From an uncultured Chloroflexia bacterium (lineage in GTDB: Bacteria; Chloroflexota; Limnocylindria; QHBO01), in contig CAWINH010000002.1 of the NCBI GenBank assembly GCA_963837425.1, positions 129,500-193,499 of the forward strand: a DNA stretch of 64,000 nucleotides, written 5' to 3'. The position numbers and the translations under genes were made by a program. Shown here in pieces: positions 1 through 10,314 of this stretch (its first letter is position 1; every line of letters begins with the position of its first letter). A model generated the notes under the pieces. The model had not been told where the DNA came from. It was given only the letters and a program-made list of their open reading frames with translations, and did not search any database.

Positions 1-371
1 CGCTCCTCGGCGATGAACCGCGCCATGCGGCCTGCTGTCCCGTCGACGTCAGCTCGGAGCTCGTGCTCCCAGATAGTGATCACCTTCCAGCCCGCGGCAA
101 CGAGCGCCGATTCAGCGGCGCTGTCCCGCTTCACGTTTCGCTCGAACTTCTCCCGCCAGAACTCAGCGTTCGCCTTCGGCTGCGGAAGCTGGCACGAAGG
201 ACACCGGTGCCAGTAGCAGCCATTGACGAAGATGGCCAATCGAACGGCGGGGAACACGATGTCGGGACGACCAGGAAGTCCAGACCCACGGCGGTAGCCA
301 CGTCCGCCAGCGGCCCATAGCGCCTTGCGGAAACGGGTCTCAGTCCGAGACACGTTCTTGTTTGCCCGCAT
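1..371 (-). CDS. vsr: Very-short-patch repair endonuclease Vsr. It is C-terminally truncated by the window edge.
   Basis: Reverse-strand translation gives MRANKNVSRTETRFRKALWAAGGRGYRRGSGLPGRPDIVFPAVRLAIFVNGCYWHRCPSCQ...FWREKFERNVKRD...GWKVITIWEHEL. This matches Vsr hallmark motifs (LPGRPDxVF, FVxGCFWH, GW.V..WE). The ATG is at 371. The reading frame differs from the 131..571 ORF in the supplied track. Confidence 0.8.
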   Translation of the reverse strand, partial: MRANKNVSRTETRFRKALWAAGGRGYRRGSGLPGRPDIVFPAVRLAIFVNGCYWHRCPSCQLPQPKANAEFWREKFERNVKRDSAAESALVAAGWKVITIWEHELRADVDGTAGRMARFIAEE

Positions 372-408
372 CGTATTGCGGGCGTTCTCAGAGGTGGCCG
401 GGGGTCTG

Positions 409-1395
409 TCAGGCCGCTGGGGCGAGGACCCGGCCGATGTACTGATCCGCGAGATGCTTGGCGAGGAAGGCGACAACCGGCACTACCACTGAGTTTCCGA
501 ACTGACGATACGCCTGGGTGTCGGACACCGGGATCGCGAAACTGTCTGGATAGCCCATAAGTCGCGCGCATTCTCGCGGCGTGAGGCGTCGCGGCGTCGG
601 TCCGTCCGTTCGAAGGAGGATTTCCGACCCGTCCTTGTGGTAGCGAGCGCTAAGTGTGCGGGTGACGCTGTCCGGCCCCGCTAAGCCATAGCCGAATCCG
701 TTGCCGGCGGCCCGGTGCTTCAGTGCGTACTGCTGAAGGTAGCTCCACAGATGGTCGCTCAAGGAATATTTCGGGTCGGGGCTCTCCTCAAGGATCTGTC
801 CGAGAGTGAGGCGCGGCTCGTCAGAGGGTGGGTCGGGGAACTCGAAGGCCTCGTCACCGAAGACGTCACGATGGAGGCAGATCATGAATGTCCGCTCCCG
901 GTGCTGAGGCACCCACCACTGCGCGTCGATGACCTTGTGCCGGAAGTTGTATCCGAGCGCTTCCAGAGTGCCGCGGATGACCCGGAACGTGTTGCCGCGA
1001 TCATGCGAGATGAGGTTCTTCACGTTCTCAAGGAAGAGCACGGGCGGAGGATTCGGAGCCTCCTCAATGAGGCGAATGATCTCGAAGAAGAGGTTGCCGC
1101 TCTTTTCGTCCTCGAATCCGTGGAGACGGCCAAGGCTCAGCTTCTTGCTGACGCCTGCGATGCTGAAGGGCTGGCACGGAAAGCCGGCTGCCATCACGTC
1201 GTAATGCGGGAGTTCGCGGCCACGCACCTCATGAATGTCTCCGCGCTCGCAAGCACCGTAGTTGGCTTCGTAGGTCTGCCGCGCGAACCGGTCGATCTCC
1301 ACGGAGTACACGCATGACCCGCCCGCCCGCTCTAGACCCATCCGGATGCCTCCGATGCCTGCGAAGAGGTCGATGAACCGGAAGCGCCGGGTCAC
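409..1395 (-). CDS. dcm: DNA (cytosine-5)-methyltransferase, Dcm-like.
   Basis: 328 aa. Motif I FAGIGG, motif IV PCQPFS, motif VI ENV. It lies immediately upstream of vsr, in the classic dcm-vsr arrangement. Confidence 0.9.
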   Translation of the reverse strand: MTRRFRFIDLFAGIGGIRMGLERAGGSCVYSVEIDRFARQTYEANYGACERGDIHEVRGRELPHYDVMAAGFPCQPFSIAGVSKKLSLGRLHGFEDEKSGNLFFEIIRLIEEAPNPPPVLFLENVKNLISHDRGNTFRVIRGTLEALGYNFRHKVIDAQWWVPQHRERTFMICLHRDVFGDEAFEFPDPPSDEPRLTLGQILEESPDPKYSLSDHLWSYLQQYALKHRAAGNGFGYGLAGPDSVTRTLSARYHKDGSEILLRTDGPTPRRLTPRECARLMGYPDSFAIPVSDTQAYRQFGNSVVVPVVAFLAKHLADQYIGRVLAPAA

Positions 1396-1699
1396 ATGAG
1401 GAGATCCGCTGAGAGCATGGGGCCAGGATACCGCGCAAACGCGACGTCAGTCGGTCGCAATTCGCTGGCTGCGCCCTTCTCTCCACAGAATTTGTCCACA
1501 TTCGCGACCTGCTGCTGTGGATCAGTCTTGCCGTGAGCGTCCGTAGCACCGGTCGGCGGCGACTTTCACCTAGCCGCGCGCGTTGGCGGCCACGCTCACC
1601 GAGTTTGGGCCGCCGTCCGCGCGCCATTCGCGCGGCCGCAGACCAACAGGGTGACCGGGCGCTTCATCGGCATCCTGCGGCGCTTGGTGAGTAGACGCG

Positions 1700-2824
1700 C
1701 TAGGTCGGTAGGCCGAGCTTGGCCTTCAGCTCCTTGCCGATCGCCTCGCGAGTCTGGAAGCTCATCCTGAGGGAGAGGCGCTGATTCCCGCCGCTGTCCG
1801 TCGACGGTACTAGGACGCCGATGCGCTGCCAGACGGGGTTCTCGTAGCTGAAGTAGTCGGCGTCCCTGCCGTCGACGACGACCGCGCTGCGGAGGCCCGC
1901 CAGCGATGTCGCCGGATTGATGCCGTTCCGGAACAGGGCGTCGGCGACCGCGATCACGCCGTGAATCGACAGCGCGGTCCCCGCCATCGATGTCCCGCGC
2001 AGATCTCGCCGATCCTTCAGGGAGATGCGCCCGAACTCGGGCCGGACCTTCACAAGCTCTCCCCAGAAGCGCGCGAGGAAATCGGTGTGGCGGGCCTCGT
2101 CGGCATCGCTCAGCGGCTCGTCGAGCCAGGAGTTCTCGATCGCCTGAGCGAGAGTGTTGAACGCGGTCAGCTTCGCGCTCGAGGCCGAGACGGTGTTCTT
2201 CAGCACCTCGATGTTGTCCATCGACAAATGGCCTGACTTGCGCATGAGCTGACGCGCCATCCGCTCGGCGAAGTTCCCCTGGTGCGCGAACTTCGCGGCC
2301 GTGTCGTTGACCTTGTCGCCGCGCGTGTTGTAGATGAACGCCACCCGCTTCGCGAGCTGGTCATCGGCGATCCAGATCCGCACCTGGAACTTCGTCTCCG
2401 GATTGAATGTCGCCATCGGGTTCTGGGCGGCCTTGACGATTGCCTTGATGCGCGACAGGGAGTCGACCGCGCAGTCGAACTGGCCGCCGATCAGGTGGAG
2501 GTCGAGCTGGCCCTCGTCCTCCTCGACGTAGTACTCGCTCGCTGTCGGATCAAGACGGATGCTGATGTTGCCGATCACCGCGTCATTGCGGAGCAGCTCC
2601 TCGGTCCAGGTATCGATCTTGCGACGGGTCTTGGCGCCCATGCGCTGGCCCGGCATGTGGTCGGGGCGGATGTTTCCGACCGTCGTGAGGAGGCCCCGGT
2701 CGATCATGTCGACGAGGTAGCCCCCGGTCATGGTGGTCTCGTAGTGGACGCCCCCCGCATCGTCCACGGGATGGACGTTCAGGATGGTCGCGGTGGGCGC
2801 GGTCGGTGCGGCTGCGGTCGTCAT
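1700..2824 (-). CDS. Hypothetical 374-aa protein. By position it is a candidate restriction endonuclease partner of the Dcm-type methyltransferase.
   Basis: Long ORF co-directional with and immediately upstream of dcm-vsr. I could not recognise PD-(D/E)xK or HNH motifs by eye. The stretch HLIGGQFDCAVD resembles a degenerate DGQHR-like motif only weakly. Confidence 0.55.
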   Translation of the reverse strand: MTTAAAPTAPTATILNVHPVDDAGGVHYETTMTGGYLVDMIDRGLLTTVGNIRPDHMPGQRMGAKTRRKIDTWTEELLRNDAVIGNISIRLDPTASEYYVEEDEGQLDLHLIGGQFDCAVDSLSRIKAIVKAAQNPMATFNPETKFQVRIWIADDQLAKRVAFIYNTRGDKVNDTAAKFAHQGNFAERMARQLMRKSGHLSMDNIEVLKNTVSASSAKLTAFNTLAQAIENSWLDEPLSDADEARHTDFLARFWGELVKVRPEFGRISLKDRRDLRGTSMAGTALSIHGVIAVADALFRNGINPATSLAGLRSAVVVDGRDADYFSYENPVWQRIGVLVPSTDSGGNQRLSLRMSFQTREAIGKELKAKLGLPT

Positions 2825-2994
2825 CGGAGAGTTCCTTCAGGGTGATGGTGTTGAATTCGGAAGCACGAGCGAACTGTACGGTACTACCGTGCGTGTCGTC
2901 AACCACTACGTGCGACTTGCCAATAGTACGTGCCATGGAGTACGGTACGTGCCGCAGCGGGAGCTGCCCATCAGGGGTGTGACAGTCCGGGTGA

Positions 2995-4909
2995 GTGGGT
3001 AAACTTGGACAGACAGACGGGCGGGAGGACGCCGTGGACGGTGGAGTTACCTGGATCTTCGACCAGGTACCGGCATCCGGGGCTCGACATGGCGGGCTGG
3101 CAGAGGCCGAGGTATTCGACAAGGACATCGGCACGTTCGTTCGCGAAGTCCTCCAGAATGCGAGGGATCAGCGGCGGCCGGACACTCAGGTCAGGGTCCG
3201 ATTCCGACTGGAAGACCTGTCCGGCCCGGACTTGGAGCACTTCCTTCAGGGAGCGGATTGGCGGCAGCTGGAGCCGCATCTGGACGCCATCGGAAGTGCC
3301 GACTACATCACCGTCAGCCCACGCGTGCGAGACAGCCTGGATGCGCTGCGCTCAGCTGGCCATCTGCGGCTTCTCCGCATCGATGACCACGGGACCAATG
3401 GGCTCACCGGCGACGAGGACGACCCCGAGGCGAACTTCAATGCCCTCTGCCGCAACACCCTTATCACTCCCAGCGGCCGCAGGGAGTCGGGCGGGAGCTT
3501 CGGTCTCGGGAAGTCCGTGCTGTGGCGGTTCTCGGGACTAAGCACGGTGCTATTCGCGTCATCTGTCCATGGGCCTGAACCGAGACACCGCTTCTTCGGG
3601 CGGACGCTCTTGGCATGGCACGAGACGCCCGAAGGTGAATGGGAAGGTTCCGGGCTGGCTCGGGCTCCCCGAGACGCGCCCCGCCGGCAGACGAGCTATC
3701 TCGCTTTGGGACGATGACGCGGCGCGGCAGGCACAGTCCTGTCGACTTGATCGAGACCTGGGCGCCACGGGGACGTCGATCCTGATTCTCGGGTTCGATG
3801 ATCCGTCCATCGAAGAGGAGCCATCCATCCCGGTCCACTGCGCCAGCATCGTGGAGGCTGCGGCACGGTGGTTCTGGCCATCTCTCAGCAACGGCGGGAT
3901 GGAAGTCTTCGTCGAGGGATTCGATGAGACCGGTGAGGTTTACGCCCGTCAGGCGCACATGACGCCGCTGGTCGAACCGTTCGTGCGCGCCCAAGCCCAA
4001 GATGCTTCGCTGCGGGACACCGTCTCGGAGCCGGGGCACATCGCGCAGCGGGACATCCCGCTGATGGTTCCCGGCCAGAGATCCGAAGCGCTTCCCAACC
4101 CAAGGCCCGCGGTTGAGGCATCGGCGCGAGTCCGGCTGCGGCTTGCAGAATCAGGTGAGGCTTCAGACCTTCAAAACACCGTGGCCCTTCAGCGCGGAAG
4201 CGGAATGGTCGTGGAGTATTTCGAGCCGACCAGGAGATCGCTTGTCGACCAGCCCTTCTACGCCACGCTGACAGTTGGAACCGCCTTGGGTGACACCGCC
4301 GCGGATCGATCGGCCGAGGAGTTCCTCAGGTCTGCGGAACCAGTCGCACATTCGGAGTGGACGGTGACCACCGACCGGCTCCGGAGTGAATACGCTGTCG
4401 GCGCCCAGGCTGCGCTCCGCCAGTTCCTGGAGCGGATCAGCGGGGCGGTCCACGACATGCTGCGACAGGCGACCAGCGACAGCACCGAGGCCCCTGAGGC
4501 GCTGCGGAGACTCTTCCCGCTTCCCGGTGTCGGAGGCGGAAGCACTGCCCGAGAGCCGTACCGGCTTTCGGACGCGATTGGTTTCGTATCCGATGACGGA
4601 GGGCAGTTCGGCGGCGTCTACTCCCGATCGTCTGGCCTCCGGTCGGACTGGCGTTTCAAGCTGGCGATTCACCCAGACCAAGAGGAAGGAACCGCACGCG
4701 AAAACGTACCGGTGGTCAACCTGAATGTTGATGTCGGCGAGGCCATCGGCCCCGATCCCGCCGGCTGGTGGACGGTGACAGTGCCGAGTGACCAGCAACG
4801 GGTCCACTTCCAGGGTCGTACCGGCAGGCTGGAAGGTGTCCCCGAGGGTGGCATGCGTCGAGCCGGCGTGAGGCTCGACGTTCGGCCTGTGGCGGGTGGA
4901 CAGCTGTGA
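2995..4909 (+). CDS. GHKL/MORC-like ATPase with a C-terminal extension of about 450 aa of unknown family. It is interrupted by a 1-nt frameshift near 3640-3660.
   Basis: GTG start at 2995. Bergerat-fold motifs are present: N-box EVLQNARDQ, G1 IDDHGTNGL, G2 GGSFGLGKS. ORFs 2995..3717 and 3569..4909 overlap in different frames, and the junction sits in a G/C-rich run. Confidence 0.6.
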
Positions 4910-5879
4910 GCGAGGCCGTCCTTCATCCGTACCGATTCGGCGCGGATGCGCTGTCGTTGTCGTGCGGGCTCGAAGGTGTCGAGAATGAGAGCACACCGTC
5001 GGGAGACCTTCTGCTCCTCGAGCCGCTGCCTCGGGCGGGCGTTCTGCGGATTGCCGCCACCGTTCGGGTCAGCGCAGGAACATTCGAGCGGGTGCTCCCT
5101 GAGGACGAACGCAGCCCTTCCCCTGTGCAGGTTGCGGTCGTGGTGCGCAGCCCCTCAAGTCGCATCCGTGCCGCGTTCCCGCTCGCCGACGCAGGCGATT
5201 CCTATGCCGGGACGATCAGCATCCAGACTGACGAGTTGTATTCGCGCATCAGTCTGACGCCGGTTCTCGTGCGGAGCACCTCGGCGTCTGTTCGCGACGG
5301 CTTCGCAACACACCTCGGCGCGATCCTCGCAAATGGGCGCTCGGTCGATGTACTTCTCGATGAACCGATCGCCCCGCCAGGCGGGTACCTCGAGATCGAA
5401 TTTGAGGACTTCCGCCGCTCGCCGAATTCCCTGCGGCAGAGGAATGCCGATCGGATGTTCGCCATCGACACCGAGGGCGCGTTCCCGAAGCTGTGGCTGA
5501 ACCAGTCGATCGACAATCTCGAGGATGTGATGCGGAGCAGGGCGCGCCGAGGAGTGCCCCGCCGGATCAGGGACGCGACCTACGACACAGTCTGCTGTCA
5601 GGTCTGGACCGCGCTGATTTCGGCGAGCCTCACGGAGCTTGCGGCCAGCGCAGACGACGATGTGAGCGAGGCCGACGCGGTCGGCTCGCTGCTGAATGGC
5701 AGCAGCGGGTGCTCCACTTCTGGGCTCCCCGACTGTATCCCGAGCTCTCCAATCAGGAGCAGGCGCTGTCGGAGGTGTGCGCAGCGACTTGGCGCGAGGG
5801 CCACGGTACGGAACTGCTTGAACGCGCCTCTCTGGCGATCCAGGGCTGGGCGGGATCGTCGGAGGCGTCGGTGGTCTAA
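4906..5879 (+). CDS. Hypothetical protein B of the GHKL operon, about 325 aa, with an apparent frameshift near 5700.
   Basis: Start overlaps the upstream stop by 4 nt. No motif recognised. The plausible C-terminus (VLHFWAPRLYPELSNQEQALSEVCAATWREGHGTELLERASLAIQGWAGSSEASVV*) is in a second frame that ends at 5879. Confidence 0.4.
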
Positions 5880-5907
5880 TGCGGCTGGTGAGCGGGGAGG
5901 CCGTGTG

Positions 5908-6611
5908 ATGGCCTACCTCCGCCGCTTCGTGCGTTCTTTGACCCCCGTTTCACTCGAAGCGGTCCTCAGGGGAGAGGAACGTCCTTCAGGAGCGGTCCGG
6001 GCGGCGTCGAGCTTGAGCCGCTCGAAGCAATGATCGAGCGGCTGTCGCCGACTTTGTCCGGCAGCGAAATCGACGCCGCCCTCGTGGAGCCCGTGCACCT
6101 TGCCCTCGCGCCCATCTCGCGCTCCGACGCCGCAGACATGCGCGTCTGGCAATGGCTGAACGCAGTCGCCTTTCCCGGGCTTGTATGGCGGCGCTGGCGA
6201 CCCCGGGGTGAGCCCGATTCCGGCGGATTGTCCGGTGCGCTCACCAGCCCAATGGTCCGGCGGTTCGCCGGCAGCAGTACGCTGTCAGGCGTAAGCCGGA
6301 ACACCCTCGCCCGGCTCTGGTGGACTGCCGAACACGTCGCTGGGGACTATGAGTGGCGCGATTCGCCCTCTCGCGCCAAGATATGTTTCAAGCCATTTTC
6401 GACCGGCTTTTCGGGCTTTACGAGCCAGCGGCAAGGGCGGCCCTGTCGAGATTTCGAGGGCGTTCCGAGGACGAGATCCGGGATGCAGCCCGGTGGGCTC
6501 AATTTCGTGGCCTCGACGACTGCGCTTGAATTCCTGTCAGAGGATGATATCGGCGCGATACTTGATGAGGCTCTCGGCCAGCCACTTCCTGTGGTCCACC
6601 CCGAGACGTGA
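5908..6611 (+). CDS. Hypothetical protein C of the GHKL operon, with a possible frameshift at about 6030.
   Basis: A strong Shine-Dalgarno sequence (ggggagg) sits 8 nt upstream of the ATG at 5908, right after the gene B stop. That frame stops at 6033, which overlaps an ATG at 6030 that opens a 193-aa ORF (6030..6611) with no recognisable family. Confidence 0.4.
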
Positions 6612-6650
6612 GGTTGTGACGCGCCGTGCGGAGCCACCGCTCCAACCGTT

Positions 6651-7239
6651 TCACCTTGCCAGCGGTAAGGCGCGCCCCATCAGCCTTGTAGGCTTTGCAT
6701 AGTCGAGGCTCGCGGGCGACGAAGGCGTCGAAGTCGTCCGGCGTGACGAGCTCGTCCTTGCGCGGTTGATGAACTTCACGAACTCCGCGTACGCACCACT
6801 CCCGGCGTGGTAGACCAGGTTCAGGCGCGGGCGGAGGTCCCGGATGAGCAGGTATTGACCGATGCCGTCCAGCACATCGGGCTGCGCCGGCAACCCCGCC
6901 TCGGGGCGGTATCGGCCAGCAGGCGATGGCAGAAGGAGTGGAAGTTGGCGACGGTCAGGCGGGCCGCGGTGGCGGCGCCCACCGCCTGCGTCGATCCGCT
7001 CGCGCAGCTCGCGCGCGGCCTTGACGTTGTAGGTCAGGACCAGGAGCTCTCCGGCGGGAGGTCCTGGCTTGCGTGCGCAGCAGCCAGGCCACGCGCTCGA
7101 CGATGACCCGCGTCTTGCCCGTGCCCGCCCCGGCGATGACCACCGCCGGCCCATCGCCCCACTCGACGATGGCGCGCTGCTCAGGCGTCAGCGGCAGCGG
7201 TTCCGGGTGGTCCTTGCGTCGGCTGTCAGCCGCGGGCAC
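6651..7239 (-). pseudogene. UvrD/PcrA-like SF1 DNA helicase. Only the N-terminal 200 aa or so are present, and the fragment is frameshifted.
   Basis: LTPEQRAIVEWGDGPAVVIAGAGTGKTRVIVERVAWLL (Walker A) lies in one frame and LTYNVKAARELRERI (motif Ia) in another. There are no downstream helicase motifs. It converges on the GHKL operon. Confidence 0.6.
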
Positions 7240-7443
7240 AACGGCGATGGTGCGTTCCCTCCCTTATGCCGCTGATCATCGGCCATTCAGTCAAGCGGGA
7301 GCGTCGCAATGTGGAAGTCAGAGCTGACAGCGGTCTGGCAGGATGGAGCGGACCGCGGCATGCCGCGGAGGGAGGAGTGATGTCCGTTACATGTATTGGG
7401 GTGCATGGGCCTCAGGCAGCTTGTCTGTGCTACGCTGTGCCAC

Positions 7444-7869
7444 GTGAGCACACAACCGAAACGCCAGCACCTCTCCTTCCGCCTCCCTGAGCCGACCCTG
7501 GATCGGCTCGAGGCGCGCGCACACGAGATCCGCGAGACGCGAACCGGCCTCGCGGAGCGCTACCTGGACGAGGGGCTGCGGATGGACGAGCACCCTGGCA
7601 TCGGTTTCGCGGATGGTCCAGCCGGGAGGCGCGCGGTGGTGATGGGGACCGGGCTGGACGTCTGGGAGGTCATTGGCGCGGTGAAGGCCGCCCGGGGATC
7701 CATTGCCGCCACTGCCCGTTACCTGGACCTGCCGGCCGCCAACGTCCGGGCCGCGATCCGCTACTACGCGGAATTCCCGGCCGAGGTGGACGAGCTCCTG
7801 GCGCGCCAGGCGGAGGCCGCTGCCCGCGAGGAGGTGGCAGCTCGCCGCGAGCGCGCCATCCTGCGGTGA
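7444..7869 (+). CDS. DUF433-family protein with an N-terminal ribbon-helix-helix, antitoxin-like.
   Basis: HLSFRLPEPTLDRLEARA (RHH-like) followed by HPGIGFADGPAGRRAVVMGTGLDVWEVIG (DUF433-like). It is followed after a 4-nt overlap by a DUF5615 gene. The GTG at 7444 is a plausible start, and the ATG at 7396 is an alternative. Confidence 0.6.
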   Translation: MSTQPKRQHLSFRLPEPTLDRLEARAHEIRETRTGLAERYLDEGLRMDEHPGIGFADGPAGRRAVVMGTGLDVWEVIGAVKAARGSIAATARYLDLPAANVRAAIRYYAEFPAEVDELLARQAEAAAREEVAARRERAILR

Positions 7870-8243
7870 AGCTGCTCCTGGACGAGCATTTCTCGCCCCA
7901 GATCGCCTCCCAGCTCCGGCGCCGGCGCCACGACGTGGTCGCCGCCCGCTCGGACCCGAACCTCCACGGTCTGGCCGATGCGGAGCTCCTCGCGTGGGCC
8001 ACCGCGCAGCGCCGCGCGCTCGTCACGGAGAACGTGGCCGACTTCGCGGAGCTCCACCGGTCTGCGGTCATCAGCGGGGATCGGCACTTCGGGATCGTCT
8101 TCACCTCGGCGCGCCGATTCCCGCGTGCCGAGCGTGCGATAGGGCGGTTGGTGACGGCCCTCGACGCGCTGTGCGATGCGAGCCCCGCCGCGGATGCGCT
8201 TCTCAACCAGACGTGGTGGCTGGAGCCTGCCCCCGAAGGTTGA
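7866..8243 (+). CDS. DUF5615 (PIN-like, Mut7-C-type) putative toxin.
   Basis: 125 aa, starting MKLLLDEHFSPQIASQLRRRRHDVV. It is translationally coupled to the DUF433 gene. Confidence 0.6.
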   Translation: MKLLLDEHFSPQIASQLRRRRHDVVAARSDPNLHGLADAELLAWATAQRRALVTENVADFAELHRSAVISGDRHFGIVFTSARRFPRAERAIGRLVTALDALCDASPAADALLNQTWWLEPAPEG

Positions 8244-8288
8244 CGAGCCCCAAACAATGGTCTCCCAACGCCTGGAGGCTCCCGATCC

Positions 8289-8663
8289 GTGGCCAACCGC
8301 GTGCTTGCCACTCTGCTGCTCGTCACCGCCGTCTTCGCGTTCGGCTACGCGCTGGGGCTACTGCTCGTCCCCGACCTCCTGCGCGACCTGTCCGCAGCGC
8401 CGAGCGAGCGGGTCTGGGTCCTCTACGGGGTGCCGGTCTGCGTCGGGCTGGGGACCATCGGCCTGGCGGCAGCACGCGACCCGGTGCCGAGCAAGGGGGT
8501 GGTGTGGGGGATCACTGTGGTCTGGGCCGGCCTGTTCATCGTGCTTGTCAACGGCCTCCTCACCGGCAACGAGCCGTGGACCTGGCTCACCTGGTTCCGC
8601 CTCGTCTTCGGTCCGGGCATGCCCGTGGGGCTGGCCGGCGCGCAGCTGCTCCGGGTCGACTGA
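8289..8663 (+). CDS. Small membrane protein, paralogous to the protein at 14305..14673.
   Basis: 124 aa with 3-4 hydrophobic helices, about 60% identical to the protein at 14305..14673. Confidence 0.5.
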   Translation: MANRVLATLLLVTAVFAFGYALGLLLVPDLLRDLSAAPSERVWVLYGVPVCVGLGTIGLAAARDPVPSKGVVWGITVVWAGLFIVLVNGLLTGNEPWTWLTWFRLVFGPGMPVGLAGAQLLRVD

Positions 8664-8719
8664 AGCGGCAGGGACAACGACTACTTCGCCACGATCCTCG
8701 ACTGGCTCGCGGAGACGTC

Positions 8720-9505
8720 CTAGGCGAGATCGGCGAGGCGATCCGTCAGCAGCCGATCCAGCGTGTCCGGGTAAGGGATGCCGGCAGACCGCGCCACGGG
8801 CTGCGCCAGCTCCCGGTAGAGGCTCACCAGCGCGTGCGCCGCTGAGAGCAGCGCCGCGCGTTCGATCGGCACCACGGACGCCCGCAGCCTGTCCGCCACA
8901 TCCGCCGGGAGCGCCGAGTCCACCTTCCAGTACGGATCGTCCGGCTCGAGCTCGGCGTTGGCCACGACTCGCGCCAGGCCGATGCACACGCCGCGCATCT
9001 CCTCCAGCCCACCGTGCGCCCACAACAGCTGGCCGCGCCCGAGGGCGGTGATGACGTGCTCGAGGTCGTGCCAGAACCAGGCCACCAGCTGGCGGGCGTG
9101 CTCCGTCGCATCCGGTGCGGGAGCGGACCTCCGTGCCGAAGCGGCCTCGACGGCGCCGCCCTTGTCGAGCACGACCCGGTACGGGCGCGATAGGTCGAGT
9201 GCCGCAGCGGTGGTCAGGATCAGCTCGTAGGCGGTGCCATCCGCGTTGATCACGTGGACGTTGGCCGGGTTGTCGAAATGCTCGGCGAAGAGCGGCTCAC
9301 CCATCGCCCGCAGCAGGGCGTCGCGGTGAGCGATCACCTCTGCCTGAGCGTCATCGGCCACCACCACGCCAATGTCGACGTCGGAGAACGCGTCCGCCGT
9401 GCCCGTCGCATGCGAGCCGAAGAGGAGGACCGCCACGAAGCGGTCGTCCGCGGCGACCAGGGCCGTCAGGCGGTCAAGAAGGGGAGCGGGGTCATGCGGC
9501 TCCAT
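8720..9505 (-). CDS. Nucleotidyltransferase-domain protein, aminoglycoside/lincosamide adenylyltransferase-like.
   Basis: LLFGSHATGTADAFSDVDIGVVV is the GS..D.D minimal nucleotidyltransferase motif. 261 aa. Confidence 0.65.
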   Translation of the reverse strand: MEPHDPAPLLDRLTALVAADDRFVAVLLFGSHATGTADAFSDVDIGVVVADDAQAEVIAHRDALLRAMGEPLFAEHFDNPANVHVINADGTAYELILTTAAALDLSRPYRVVLDKGGAVEAASARRSAPAPDATEHARQLVAWFWHDLEHVITALGRGQLLWAHGGLEEMRGVCIGLARVVANAELEPDDPYWKVDSALPADVADRLRASVVPIERAALLSAAHALVSLYRELAQPVARSAGIPYPDTLDRLLTDRLADLA

Positions 9506-9607
9506 CGGTCGCTAGCATGCGCGCTCAGAAGAGCGGCGGCAGGTCGATCTGGCCGGGGATGTGTGCTACGCTATGCGCATAAGCAAGCACACTACCTGAG
9601 GAACCCG

Positions 9608-9850
9608 ATGGCGCTGGCCCGCACGAACCTGACCCTCCCGGAGGATCTGCTCCGCGAGGTTGATGCCATGGCCGGCCCGCGTGGTCGGAGCCGGTACGTG
9701 GCGGAGGCGGTCGCCCAGCGCGTCCGTCGGGACAAGCTCGGCCAGGCGATCCGCGACAGCGCCGGCATCCTGGCCGGCTCGCCGGACGCCATGACTCGGC
9801 GCCAGGTGAGCGCCTGGGTGGCGCGATTGCGCTCCGAGACGACGGACTGA
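9608..9850 (+). CDS. vapB: Ribbon-helix-helix antitoxin, VapB/CopG-like.
   Basis: MALARTNLTLPEDLLREVDAMAGPRGRSRYVAEAVAQRV. It lies 13 bp upstream of a PIN gene. Confidence 0.7.
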   Translation: MALARTNLTLPEDLLREVDAMAGPRGRSRYVAEAVAQRVRRDKLGQAIRDSAGILAGSPDAMTRRQVSAWVARLRSETTD

Positions 9851-9863
9851 GGCGACTGCGACG

Positions 9864-10247
9864 GTGGCGCGCTACCTCCTCGACTCCACGCTGCTCATCG
9901 ACCATGCCAACGGGGATCGGCCGGCCGCCGCCCTGCTCCATCGGCTGTTCGAGGACGGTCACGAACTGCTCACCTGCGACGTGGTCGCCTCCGAGGTCCT
10001 CTCCCGCGGGACGGATGCGGACCTCGCCCACCTCCGCACCCTGCTCGACGCGCTCGACTACGTCGCCACCTCTCCCGATGCGGCCCAATGGGCCGGCGAG
10101 TCCCGCCGGCAGCGCCATCTCGCCGGTGGGCGTCGTGCCCTGGCCGATGCCCTCATCGCCGGCGTCGCGACGGACCTCGGCGCCACGGTGGTCACCCGCA
10201 ACCGCCCTGATTTCGAGCGGCAGGGGATTGCGGTCCTGACCTATTGA
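9864..10247 (+). CDS. vapC: PIN-domain toxin VapC.
   Basis: MARYLLDSTLLIDHANGD...TRNRPDF, 127 aa. Confidence 0.8.
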   Translation: MARYLLDSTLLIDHANGDRPAAALLHRLFEDGHELLTCDVVASEVLSRGTDADLAHLRTLLDALDYVATSPDAAQWAGESRRQRHLAGGRRALADALIAGVATDLGATVVTRNRPDFERQGIAVLTY

Positions 10248-10314
10248 CGGCAACGCGGCCGCGGGATTGTCAGCCCCCGCGCCCGCCGCTATCGTCCAAA
10301 CCGAGGCGATCCAG

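Noticed and set aside
1229-1627. A 132-aa ORF overlapping the start of the methyltransferase gene, and the similar ORF 131..571 over vsr.
   Set aside because: They are out of frame with the well-supported dcm and vsr reading frames. The Vsr motifs appear only in the frame described above.
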